A stretch of 64,000 nucleotides of DNA, taken from assembly GCA_032128875.1 (NCBI GenBank), contig JAVLKG010000012.1, positions 128,001-192,000 of the forward strand, in the 5' to 3' direction. Each line of letters begins with the position of its first letter. Positions within the stretch are counted from its first letter, which is position 1. Both the position numbers and the translations under genes were made by a program. Below are positions 28,326 through 37,748 of this stretch, in pieces. The notes under the pieces were generated by a model, which saw only the letters and a list, made by a program, of their open reading frames with translations, ran no database searches and had not been told where the DNA came from. The DNA comes from Candidatus Melainabacteria bacterium 17Bon1m (lineage in GTDB: Bacteria > Cyanobacteriota > Vampirovibrionia > Obscuribacterales > Obscuribacteraceae).

Positions 28326-29426
28326 CTAACGTTGAGCGGCTATTTCTCTGGGAAGTTCGACCAAGAAAGATGTGCCTGTCTCAGATGGGCATGCACAACT
28401 GATTGTGCCTTTGTGCATCGTTACTATTTGCTGGCACAGGTATAGACCCAATCCTGTACCTGGTGTGTGTCGTCGGCTCGCGCGCCCTCTCCAGAAACGC
28501 TCGAAAAGATGTTTTCTATCCTCTTCAGGAATTCCAGGACCAGTATCACTTACCTTAAGTGTCACGCTGTCTGCAGAACTCGATAATGACACTTTCACTT
28601 CGCCACCAGTGGGAGTGTATTTGAGCGCATTGTCCAATAGATTTCGAAGAACTCTAGTGAGTGAGTCTGCATCCGCAAGTACAACCGCGTCAGGATTCTC
28701 AGGCATTTCTTTGAGCACTTGAATATTGCGATCGGTTGCAATAGGAGCAATTTCCTTCATGCAGTTGTTGATGATCTGCATCAAATTCGTGTGCTCGAAG
28801 TACAACGTCGCAAGATCTTTCTCGAATCGATAGACTTCGAGCAAATTTCCAATGAGAGTCAAAAGCGTCCAGTTGCTGTTTTTTATGTGGAAAAGCAGGT
28901 TTATTTGTTCGTCGTTGAGTTTGCCGATTTTTTCTTCAGCCATCAGCTCGATGACACGATTAGCTCCGATCAGCGGATTTTTCAGATCGTGTGTAAGAGT
29001 AGCCAAAAAATCTTCCCGCTCGTAAATCAACCTCGCTCTTTCTATAGCGTGCGTGATGGCCCTCGATAAGAGACGCCCATCAATCTCGCCCTTAATCAGG
29101 TAATCTTGCGCACCGGCCTTCATAGCTTGAACGCCAAGATCTTCTTCGTCTTGTCCGGTCAATATGATTACAGGGCACGCGTAGCCTCTGCGCCGCACGG
29201 CGTGCAATGTTTCGATTCCTTGGATGTCCGGCAAGGTCAGGTCTAGCAAAATGACATCAAACTGCCTCAGACTCATTATCAAATCAGCATCTTCGAAAGT
29301 GGCAGCATGCGCACAATCGAAAGTAAAAATTGACTTGCGCCTCAACAGCGCTTGCAGCGCTGATGCGAAAGTCGGGTCGTCCTCTATCAAAAGAATTTCC
29401 AGGTGTTTCTTGCTCATAGGAACCAT
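28326..29426 (-). CDS. REC-HisKA-HATPase hybrid histidine kinase
   Basis: LLIEDD, LLDLTLPD, THDLKNPL, NLLDNALKYT, DTGPGI, GTGLGL. Confidence 0.93.
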   Translation of the reverse strand: MVPMSKKHLEILLIEDDPTFASALQALLRRKSIFTFDCAHAATFEDADLIMSLRQFDVILLDLTLPDIQGIETLHAVRRRGYACPVIILTGQDEEDLGVQAMKAGAQDYLIKGEIDGRLLSRAITHAIERARLIYEREDFLATLTHDLKNPLIGANRVIELMAEEKIGKLNDEQINLLFHIKNSNWTLLTLIGNLLEVYRFEKDLATLYFEHTNLMQIINNCMKEIAPIATDRNIQVLKEMPENPDAVVLADADSLTRVLRNLLDNALKYTPTGGEVKVSLSSSADSVTLKVSDTGPGIPEEDRKHLFERFWRGRASRRHTPGTGLGLYLCQQIVTMHKGTISCACPSETGTSFLVELPREIAAQR

Positions 29427-29567
29427 TTCGAAAGAATAAGGAATTTACCTATCCTATCTCAAGTCCGCTCTAACTAGAAGCACCCAAAAGTGTTAAAAAT
29501 TACACCGAAGTGATTATTCCAAAATGTTCGTTTTTTACCGCGGTATGGGGCGCTTGGGGTTTTTTAG

Positions 29568-30815
29568 TTACCCTTTCAGAAGACCTGTCACTGTGTCCGA
29601 ATTAGAACTAAAGTCCGGAAAGACTGTCTGCAACTGACGCGACGAAAGTTGAAGGTGCTCGCCGATTACAGAAGAGACGACAGAACGAAAGTCGGTACGC
29701 ACCGGAAGATCTCTTCCTTCGTAGAGTGCGCGGTCCGTGATTCCATCCCAGTATCCCATCAGCTTACCACCCTGGACCGCGCCGCCTAATGCCCAGATGA
29801 AATTGCCGTGTCCATGGTCGGTTCCATTGTTGCCGTTTTCTTTGACAGTTCGTCCGAACTCAGACATTACTAGAATGACTGTGCGCTGATATGTATCGCC
29901 GAGTGACTCAGCCAAATCACTCAATCCGTGTCCAAGAACTTGCAAGTGATTTGCAAGCTGACCCTTGCCGTTGCCCTGGTTGACGTGAGTGTCGAATCCA
30001 CCTAAGTCTAAAAATGCAACTTGCACTTTTGGTTCTTCTCTCATCAGTTTGCCCAATTGCTTTCCGAATGCGCCAAATCTTGCAGCTTGAATTGCACCGC
30101 CGTTTGCCTGCATTTGCTCGCCACTGAGTTTTTCATTGATAGTCGTCCGCGCCTCCATGCCGTCCTGAAAAGCACGTTCTAAGCTGTCCCCGCGTCCTTC
30201 ATACATGCGCTCAAAGCTCGAGGCAATTACTTCATTGTCGATTGGGCTGCGTCTTCTCTTCAACTCTGCTTTGAAAGTCGCGGAAGCAACAGGACCTTGC
30301 AGAATGCGTGGTGTTGTTGAGCCAATATTGAGTGCGCGAACCGGCGAGTGATTGTCCGGCAATTGCGCCAGCAGACGATTGAGCCAGCCCGTGCTGGTGG
30401 CTTTTCGTCCGGGGCAGCCGCTTTCCATATAGTCTTGCGCATCGAAGTGTGAGCGTGTTGGATCGGGCGAACCTGAGTTTAGGACGAATGACAGAGACTT
30501 GTTTTTCCAAAGAGGCAATATTGGTTCGAGCGCGGGATGCAGGCCGAAATGTCCATCCAAATCCAGCACTCCGAGCTGATTGCCGGGGGGTGGTATGGCA
30601 ATGTTGTTTCGCACTTTGTAGTAGTTGGGATCGGAATATGGAACCACTACACTTAATCCATCGATAGCTCCCCTCAGGAAAACAACGACTAGTTTGTTGG
30701 TTGGACCCGAGTTTGAAGCCGCGCTGCCACTTGTCTTTGCCCAAACATTTACTTGTGGCATTAACAAGGAGGCTGTCGCCAGACCGGCGGTTTTCAAAAA
30801 ATCTCTTCTATTCAT
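29568..30815 (-). CDS. DUF1501 family protein with Tat signal
   Basis: MNRRDFLK; VVVFLRGAIDGL, RSHFDAQ, GGFDTH, SEFGRT...GTDHGHG. Confidence 0.9.
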   Translation of the reverse strand: MNRRDFLKTAGLATASLLMPQVNVWAKTSGSAASNSGPTNKLVVVFLRGAIDGLSVVVPYSDPNYYKVRNNIAIPPPGNQLGVLDLDGHFGLHPALEPILPLWKNKSLSFVLNSGSPDPTRSHFDAQDYMESGCPGRKATSTGWLNRLLAQLPDNHSPVRALNIGSTTPRILQGPVASATFKAELKRRRSPIDNEVIASSFERMYEGRGDSLERAFQDGMEARTTINEKLSGEQMQANGGAIQAARFGAFGKQLGKLMREEPKVQVAFLDLGGFDTHVNQGNGKGQLANHLQVLGHGLSDLAESLGDTYQRTVILVMSEFGRTVKENGNNGTDHGHGNFIWALGGAVQGGKLMGYWDGITDRALYEGRDLPVRTDFRSVVSSVIGEHLQLSSRQLQTVFPDFSSNSDTVTGLLKG

Positions 30816-30839
30816 TTTGCTACCGTCTCTCGAATAGTT

Positions 30840-32672
30840 CTAATACATCATGAATTCGGGGCTGCCTAGCACGAGGCTTTGTCTAAGTTGAGGCTGGGCC
30901 TGCTCTATAGCGCTTACTGTTTTCTCTGAAATGGTTGAAAGACTGTCTGTAACATCACCTTTTGGGTTTGCACTTACCCTGATTCCTGGCAGACGATTGG
31001 CACCAAGTGCGGTGGCAAAGTTGAGGCGGTTGATCAAACTGTCTGGATTCAGCCAAGCCTCTTTCGTATTTTTATAACCGTCTGGAGTCAAACATTTGTA
31101 CAGGGGTTGACCAGCTTGTTTTAAAAACGCGAGAAGCGGCAAGACATTATCTATGGTGGCGTCTGTCGCGCGCAGACTGGAAATAACATAGCGGTGCGGC
31201 GACTTGAATTTGTTGTTTCTGTTGGCGTTGCTCCAGAATTCGTCGCTGTCGAACATGGTCGTTAGAACTTCAGCAATTTGACCGTCAGTTCGTGTAAAAG
31301 TGGCTGCCATTTTTTGCACTAAAGAATCCGGCGGTTTGTCAGCCACAAAATACTGAGCCAGTTTGTAGCTTATGTGACGAGCTGTGGATGGATGGCGCGA
31401 GAGTATGTCGAGCGCTTCTTCAATTTCGCGCTCACCGCTGCCTTGAATTGTATGACCGACAACAACCTTTGTGCCTGTGTCGTGCCTGCGAGCATCGAAG
31501 AACGAGCCGGTTTTCGGATTACCAGGAATTGTGGAGGCAGACACCGCGTCTCCATAATTACGAATTCCTCTTTGCCTTGGTCGTCGAGAGAAGGGCTGCA
31601 TGTCAATGCTGTTGGTCTGCATCTGGCCAAGTTGCCCTGCGGCTTGTCGGCGTTGCATCACATTCCTGAGTGCCAAACCAGCGCCGCCACCAGGTTGCAG
31701 ACCCAAGCCAGTAAGAACTCTTGCCAGCTCTTGTACGTCCTTCTGGGTATAACCGCCGTCTACTCCAAGCGTGTGTAATTCCATCAATTCGCGCGCATAG
31801 TTTTCATTTATGCCTTTGAATTTGCTTTTGGCTTTGGGATTATTCAGCACCGGTCTATACGCCGCGGCAGTATTCTGCCAGTTGTCCAGGTAGAACAGCA
31901 TGGCCGCATGATGGGCGGTTGCGCCGAGTAAGTCGCGAAAGCGACCAAGTGCATAAGGACGAATTGCAGACTCTTCGTACTGACCCGTCCAAATATGGTC
32001 GAGACCTTTATCGCTGGAAACATTGAAGTGATTGAACCAGAAGTCGGTCATCAATTCCTGCAACTGTCGCGGGCTGTCGACCGCTCTTGTAAGATGCGCC
32101 TTCGCAGCGTCCTGATACATTTTTCCGTAGGTCTCGCGAACGACTTTTCCCAGAGCTTTTTTCTCTTCCGGAGTCTTACCGCCGCCTTGAGAGAGCGCCT
32201 TCAAAGCTGGTTTTCCATAATTTAGAAACAGGCTGAGGGGGGTCTCCGTGAGCGCAGGGACTTGCGCAACCTGGGCAACCGCACTAGGAAGTGGAATCGA
32301 CTCAGGAGATAGTTGCTCTTTTAAATATTGCTCTACACCTATAGCTTGCACTCGTTCGATGTCGCCGGGGCGCATTCCATAAGTCGTTCGATTTAAGAGG
32401 TGCGCGATTCCCTCACGGGAATTTTTCATCGCGCTGTCAACCTTCGGCACGGCATCTGGTCTGTCGATTCTCGTCTGGCTTGCCTTCCCGGCTTTCGCTA
32501 AGACTTCGTTGCAAATCAGACCCGCATCCGCACTCAGTCCGAGCAGAACCGCCATAAAAGTATGCGTGACTTTCTGCCGAGCTTTTGGCCGAGTATTTTG
32601 CCTAGCTTTAGGCCGAGCGTAAGGCCGAGCGTAAGGCCGAGCGTTAGTAGGATTGTCTGCACTATTTGTCAT
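30840..32672 (-). CDS. DUF1800 family protein
   Basis: HLLNRTTYG, FWFNHFNV, AMLFYLDN, INENYARELMELHTLGV, SPEF. Start uncertain (32672 or later). Confidence 0.9.
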   Translation of the reverse strand: MTNSADNPTNARPYARPYARPKARQNTRPKARQKVTHTFMAVLLGLSADAGLICNEVLAKAGKASQTRIDRPDAVPKVDSAMKNSREGIAHLLNRTTYGMRPGDIERVQAIGVEQYLKEQLSPESIPLPSAVAQVAQVPALTETPLSLFLNYGKPALKALSQGGGKTPEEKKALGKVVRETYGKMYQDAAKAHLTRAVDSPRQLQELMTDFWFNHFNVSSDKGLDHIWTGQYEESAIRPYALGRFRDLLGATAHHAAMLFYLDNWQNTAAAYRPVLNNPKAKSKFKGINENYARELMELHTLGVDGGYTQKDVQELARVLTGLGLQPGGGAGLALRNVMQRRQAAGQLGQMQTNSIDMQPFSRRPRQRGIRNYGDAVSASTIPGNPKTGSFFDARRHDTGTKVVVGHTIQGSGEREIEEALDILSRHPSTARHISYKLAQYFVADKPPDSLVQKMAATFTRTDGQIAEVLTTMFDSDEFWSNANRNNKFKSPHRYVISSLRATDATIDNVLPLLAFLKQAGQPLYKCLTPDGYKNTKEAWLNPDSLINRLNFATALGANRLPGIRVSANPKGDVTDSLSTISEKTVSAIEQAQPQLRQSLVLGSPEFMMY

Positions 32673-32770
32673 AGATAAATATGAAATCGCCAATTGGGGG
32701 CACTTTGCTGACGGACTTTCAACTTTTCGATTGACCGCGTACTTCTGACGATGCACCGGGCATATTTTTA

Positions 32771-32799
32771 AATACGTAAACTGCGGCAAAAAAGTTCAA
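32771..32799 (-). promoter_or_regulatory. Putative ECF-sigma promoter TTGAAC-N17-CGTATT
   Basis: Minus strand TTGAAC ttttttgccgcagttta CGTATT; nearly identical to the site at 2458-2486. Confidence 0.6.
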
Positions 32800-33040
32800 T
32801 TCTTCGCATCGAATTAATCTGCCGCTTGGTTTTGGATACCTTTCAGTTGAACATATATGGATACCGAGCAAGTACTTAAGAATGCCCGGGCGTGCCTTCT
32901 AATAACTTAGGGTTCGAACTCCACCGGATTTGTGCGTGTTAGGATCGAAATAGAATTAGAACATAGGCTTCGCGGCATCCCAATGGCGACTTCCTCCCTG
33001 TAGGCAGCTACAAAGGGTGGCTAAATAGGAGCATCCTGTC

Positions 33041-33577
33041 ATGCAGACCACCGAACGCGCGGCATCATCAAAGTCTTCCTCTCCTCTCGAAATCAAGCCA
33101 ATCGGTGATGAACACCGTGAATGGCTGAATGCGAAGATGAAAGAGATCTGGAGCGGGCGCTTCGTCGTAACCCGTGGAGTCGCGTACGAGCCCGCTACGC
33201 TACCAGGGTTTATCGCATACGAGAAAGGCAATCCAGTTGGTGTGGCTACTTATCACATCAACGATGACGAATGCGAACTGATCACACTGGATGCGCTGTC
33301 TCAGTGGCATGGTGTAGGTACAGCCTTGATTGAGGCTGTCGAGGAAGAAGCTCGCAAGCAGGCGTGCAGTCGTATGTGGATGATCACGACAAATGACAAT
33401 ATCGATGGGTTGAGATTCTATCAGCGTCGCGGCTACGTTATGTGCGCAGTGCATATCAACGCGATTGATCAAAGCCGCAAGATCAAGCCGTCAATTCCGG
33501 TTGTCGGCAATTACGGTATAGAAATTCGAGACGAGATAGAGCTCGAAAAGTACCTGTGGTGCTGGATTGGCTGGTAG
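33041..33577 (+). CDS. GNAT family N-acetyltransferase
   Basis: WHGVGTALIE, ITTNDNIDGLRFYQRRGY, IRDEIELE; AGGAG RBS. Confidence 0.9.
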   Translation: MQTTERAASSKSSSPLEIKPIGDEHREWLNAKMKEIWSGRFVVTRGVAYEPATLPGFIAYEKGNPVGVATYHINDDECELITLDALSQWHGVGTALIEAVEEEARKQACSRMWMITTNDNIDGLRFYQRRGYVMCAVHINAIDQSRKIKPSIPVVGNYGIEIRDEIELEKYLWCWIGW

Positions 33578-33841
33578 TGTTTCTCATTCTCCGAAAGCCT
33601 CTTTCCTTTCAGCCTTTTTAGATTTCTAGACCTTTAAGACCTTTTAGACCGGTTTTTCGCGCACCATATTTGATGCCTTTCCATGGTCGTTACCTGTTCC
33701 GATAAGTCTTTCTGTTGATGAAACCAGGTAAATCCGTCTCATAAATAAGACAAAAAGGGTGGCGAAAAGGGTTTTTCACATTCTTTTGGTTCTCAGGGGA
33801 AGTCAAATGTCGGTCTTTTCTGCGCTTTGGGCACATTTCTA

Positions 33842-33870
33842 TTGAACGGTCGTCAACAGATTCACGTATA
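33842..33870 (+). promoter_or_regulatory. Putative ECF-sigma promoter TTGAAC-N17-CGTATA
   Basis: TTGAAC ggtcgtcaacagattca CGTATA, 34 nt upstream of ATG 33904. Confidence 0.55.
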
Positions 33871-33903
33871 ACGCAAACGATACTCGTTCACTTTGGGCTG
33901 CTG

Positions 33904-34374
33904 ATGTTCGAAAGAGTGACTAGACATTTCATAATTTCACTGTACTCGTGCTTGTTTATCGGGCTTGTAGTCTGGCATATGCCGGTTGGCGCCGATCCGG
34001 CGAAGACTGCGAGTAATGATGGCTTTGAAAGACCATATGGTTACTTTACTCCGATGATTTTGGATACTGTAAAAGCGAATGATGACCAGCGCAGGAAGAT
34101 TACCGCAATAGTTGAAGAACTGCGACCAACGATTGAACCACTTCGAAAGAAGTTCAAAGAGAAGCAGACTGTGTTTTTGTCTGGCATGGCGTCAGGCGCA
34201 TCGGCAGAAGATCTCCTTTGCGCGCAAAGAGAGCTTGGTCAGATTAGAGGCGAAATAAACGATCAGTATTTGCTGATGCGTCTGAGAGTGCGCAAGCTGT
34301 TGCAACCTGCTCAGCAAGAGCTTTATGATGATTTCCTTGCCAAGCAAGGTTGGATGAAGAAAAATAAGAAGTAG
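33904..34374 (+). CDS. Spy/CpxP-like periplasmic helical protein
   Basis: N-terminal signal/TM segment; degenerate LTxxQ motifs (ANDDQRRKI, LLQPAQ). Confidence 0.6.
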   Translation: MFERVTRHFIISLYSCLFIGLVVWHMPVGADPAKTASNDGFERPYGYFTPMILDTVKANDDQRRKITAIVEELRPTIEPLRKKFKEKQTVFLSGMASGASAEDLLCAQRELGQIRGEINDQYLLMRLRVRKLLQPAQQELYDDFLAKQGWMKKNKK

Positions 34375-34409
34375 TCGGTGTTGAGTTTTATCGGCTGACT
34401 GGCGAAGAA

Positions 34410-35306
34410 TCAGTGTCCATAAGGCTTTTGATTACTATGTTTCAATGCTGATTTTTGCAGCAGTGAAAGGCGTTGCACATACATATCAGTGGCCCTTTCT
34501 GCATCATCTTCCAGTGCCAAACCTTTAGCAATTTCGTTTAAATCAGGCGTTTTGGGTGTGACTTTGAAGGGTTTTCCAACTACTGCAAATGCACCATAGT
34601 TTTGACGCCCGAAGAGATTTCGAAACTTCTTAAAACCTAGGCCTTGAACTGCCTTTTGAAACAATGTCGATTCTGCCGGATCGGTCTTGTAATGCACTCC
34701 TACGGGCACTATCCATATAGGCTCCTTCCTTTTGCGCGCACAAATTTTTGCAATTGTCATCGTGCCTGACTTGAAGTCTCTTCGGCGAATCACTTCGTCC
34801 GGAACCAACTGTCCTTGCGGAAAAATCACAAGCTGCGCGTGTGGACCTCCAGAGGAAAGCGCCGTGACCGCTGCTTTGAATGCCCGAGTACGACCCTCCT
34901 GTGTCTCTTCATCGACTGCGATTGCACCAGTCATAGCCCCAATCCAGCCGCGGAATCCGAGCACTTCGGTAGTTCGAATCAGGTAGTACATAGGTGAAAT
35001 GCCAATTAACGAAGAGACAATTGATGCATCACCAGCATCGATGTGAAATGGTGCAATGATGCGAGGTCCGGACTTCGGCATGCGATCTTTGCCGACTATT
35101 TTAATTGGCCCTACTTCGAGAAAACCCAATGTGTAGCACAATGATCTGCAAAGTAGATTAGTAAGGAAATATGGCTCTGGCGGCACGTATCCGCCATCTC
35201 TTACCTTCAGCACTTCGGCTGACCAGAATTCGATACGACCGCGGGCAGCGGATACGAGCATCCAGAGGAAAAGAGCAAGACAGATACAAATGAAGACATC
35301 TTGCAT
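34410..35306 (-). CDS. PlsC-like lysophospholipid acyltransferase
   Basis: HX4D (FHIDAGD), IFPQG, FKSG, IVPVG. Confidence 0.75.
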   Translation of the reverse strand: MQDVFICICLALFLWMLVSAARGRIEFWSAEVLKVRDGGYVPPEPYFLTNLLCRSLCYTLGFLEVGPIKIVGKDRMPKSGPRIIAPFHIDAGDASIVSSLIGISPMYYLIRTTEVLGFRGWIGAMTGAIAVDEETQEGRTRAFKAAVTALSSGGPHAQLVIFPQGQLVPDEVIRRRDFKSGTMTIAKICARKRKEPIWIVPVGVHYKTDPAESTLFQKAVQGLGFKKFRNLFGRQNYGAFAVVGKPFKVTPKTPDLNEIAKGLALEDDAERATDMYVQRLSLLQKSALKHSNQKPYGH

Positions 35307-35363
35307 ATTATGGTTGCTGCCACCGCTTATGCCTTTGCCACCGTATGTGGTGTAGTGGCGAGG

Positions 35364-36173
35364 CTAGAAAGTGATAGTGTGGACGCCGTTGCCGCCCCGC
35401 TTCTCAATCATCTCTGCGGCGCCGTCGGCTTGCATAATCATCTCTTCTGCCGGTAATGTTTCGCCGGTTGAAGTGCATATTCCGAGACTGACAGTGAATG
35501 TGACCTTGTGCCACATATGCTCAAGGCATGTGCCTTCTATTGCCGCTCGTATGCGCTCTGCGAACTGCTGAGCCTGGTCTGCCGATGTCTCCGGCAAAAC
35601 AATGATAAACCGCTCGTTGAGGTAGCGTCCAAGCAAGTCTACATCGCGGCGAATAATCGCTGAAAAGCGCTGGCTGGCGGCTAGCAGGACTTCGTTCTGG
35701 ACCATCTCGGCGAAATTGCCGAAGCGCTGCGGCAGTGTAGCAAAACCGTCAATCGAGACGATCATCACCGATGTTGTGTGTCCGTAGCGAGCCGCCCGCC
35801 TGACCTCAGAGCGAAGCCGGTTCAATACGTAGCGAAATTTCAGCACAGGAAGGGTCGGATCTTGTAGCGCACGCTTTTCCAACTCGTCGTCTGGTAAATT
35901 CTGGCACTGGCATGATTTAGCCCCGTACTGCGGTACGGTAGAGCCCTGCTGCGTGACAGCAGATGGAAATCCTGCGGCAACCTGAGTCGGATGAGCACCG
36001 GTTTGCGAGACTAACTGCTGCGCATTTTGAGCTTGTTTTGCTTTTACCAGTTCCATCGCGCGCTGCGCAGCTTCAGCGTTGCCGTGTAATGTGTTGCGCA
36101 CATTTGAAACGCCTCGATGGAAGAAATTGTCTTTAATCACCCATTCCTGGTGCTCGTCTTTATTCGATGACAT
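35364..36173 (-). CDS. Degenerate GGDEF-domain protein
   Basis: RDVDLLGRYLNERFIIVLPET: RxxD I-site retained, GGDEF replaced by LNERF; TVSLG. Confidence 0.85.
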   Translation of the reverse strand: MSSNKDEHQEWVIKDNFFHRGVSNVRNTLHGNAEAAQRAMELVKAKQAQNAQQLVSQTGAHPTQVAAGFPSAVTQQGSTVPQYGAKSCQCQNLPDDELEKRALQDPTLPVLKFRYVLNRLRSEVRRAARYGHTTSVMIVSIDGFATLPQRFGNFAEMVQNEVLLAASQRFSAIIRRDVDLLGRYLNERFIIVLPETSADQAQQFAERIRAAIEGTCLEHMWHKVTFTVSLGICTSTGETLPAEEMIMQADGAAEMIEKRGGNGVHTITF

Positions 36174-36400
36174 AACCTTTTAATTTTCTTTCAACCCGTG
36201 CGACCACAAGCAACCCCCCGGTTGCCACAGGCGACCCCCCGGTCACCTCCAACTATATACCCAAATTCGCCAACAATTCATCGTTTTCAGGCACGGGGAA
36301 GTACTTCACACCTTGTGAAGACGCAGGTGTATGAAGACTGTTCCTGTAAATTCAGGCACTTACAGGCTTCGCGGCAATGTATTGTTTTTGTAGTCTCGGT

Positions 36401-37312
36401 TTAACGAACGCTGGTTTTTTCGCGCTCGCGCTTTCTGTGCGGCTTAACATTAGCGCGACCGGAGCCGACCACTGCGACCGGGACAGCATGAAGGGTCTCG
36501 TTTGCCAGTGATTCGTTGATTGTGCCAACCAGACCAACCTTCTGCAGAGCCTTAAGCACCAAGAAGGACGGGTCGATTTCCCAGGGCTTGATGCCCATGT
36601 TGCTCGAGCCCGGGACAGCATGGTGGTTGTTGTGCCAACCGTCGCCGACGCAGATAATCGCCATGAGCCAGTTGTTCATGCTGTCGTCTTTGATGTTGAA
36701 GTTCTTGTAGCCCCATTGCGGCATGTGGCAGACGATGTTCAAAATCAGGGGGCTGTTGAGCGCGAGGAACCCAGCCAACAAGCTGGCTCCTGCTACGAGC
36801 GGTCCAAAAGCTGCCCAGAGGGCAACGCGGAAGAGCAAGCTGCTGATGACGTTAATCGCGTAACCCAGCTTCCAATCTGCGCCCGACTCGAGCAGACGGT
36901 AAAGCGGATCTTTGAGCAAGTCCTTGCTCTGGACTCGGGGGTTGATGTACTCAGGATAATGCCATTCGCGGTAGAAGGCGTATGACGAAAAGATGCCGTT
37001 TCGTGGAGTGTGCGGGTCAAGCGGCTGGTCGGAAAAACGATGGTGAGCGCGGTGAATCGTCGCCCACCACACTGGAGAACCGTGAAATGCGAAGTACGCG
37101 CCGAAAACGAAGAAATACTCGACAGCCTTTGGGCAGGTGAAGGCGCGATGCGAGAGCAGTCTATGCAGTCCGATTGTCACTCCGAACATGTGCCAGAGGT
37201 AAAAGACCAGCGTCAAACCGCAAAACAGGGCTATCGGTTCCAAAAGGCCTACCTCGTGACGGGCGGGGAGTGGGATTGTCTGGACCAAACAATGGCCAGA
37301 CGCGCGGTTCAT
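36401..37312 (-). CDS. Delta-9 acyl-CoA/acyl-lipid fatty acid desaturase
   Basis: His boxes HRLLSH, HRAHH and WHNNHH; WEIDP. Confidence 0.92.
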   Translation of the reverse strand: MNRASGHCLVQTIPLPARHEVGLLEPIALFCGLTLVFYLWHMFGVTIGLHRLLSHRAFTCPKAVEYFFVFGAYFAFHGSPVWWATIHRAHHRFSDQPLDPHTPRNGIFSSYAFYREWHYPEYINPRVQSKDLLKDPLYRLLESGADWKLGYAINVISSLLFRVALWAAFGPLVAGASLLAGFLALNSPLILNIVCHMPQWGYKNFNIKDDSMNNWLMAIICVGDGWHNNHHAVPGSSNMGIKPWEIDPSFLVLKALQKVGLVGTINESLANETLHAVPVAVVGSGRANVKPHRKREREKTSVR

Positions 37313-37748
37313 CAGTGTCCCAGGTTACTGGAAACCGCTCGGAAAAGTATAGTCTGATAGGTATAGAAGTAGTTATTTTTGACGAAATTTACACTTTTGT
37401 GAGCGTAATATCATCTCAGCGCAGTTTTTTATGCGCTTTAACTCATAACAAGCCAATCACCTGTCAAACCGACCTGAATTGCAGCATACAAGATGCCATT
37501 AGAAATAACCAGTAAGGTTGCGTCATGTTGCAGCACCAAATACGGTGTCACTTTTGGCGTTTTCCGCCTCCAGGTAAAAAGCGAAGGATTTATTACAGGT
37601 TTTTCCTTGCTCATAACCCCCGCTAAGTCCGCAGCATGAGCTTTCTGCGTCTTTTTTCTCTTTTGTGAAAGTTTTGCCCTTTGCTATTGTGGCAATACGT
37701 AGATTACGCCCGTTTCATAAACTCTGTTTTCCTCGCCGTGAGCGCCAA

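Noticed and set aside
32576-32645. 12-bp repeats (ARPY/ARPK) in the DUF1800 N-terminal region
   Set aside because: Short low-complexity tandem repeat with no further structure.
32880-33040. Guanidine-I (ykkC)-like TAGGGTTC upstream of the GNAT gene
   Set aside because: The conserved 3' hairpin elements are not present.
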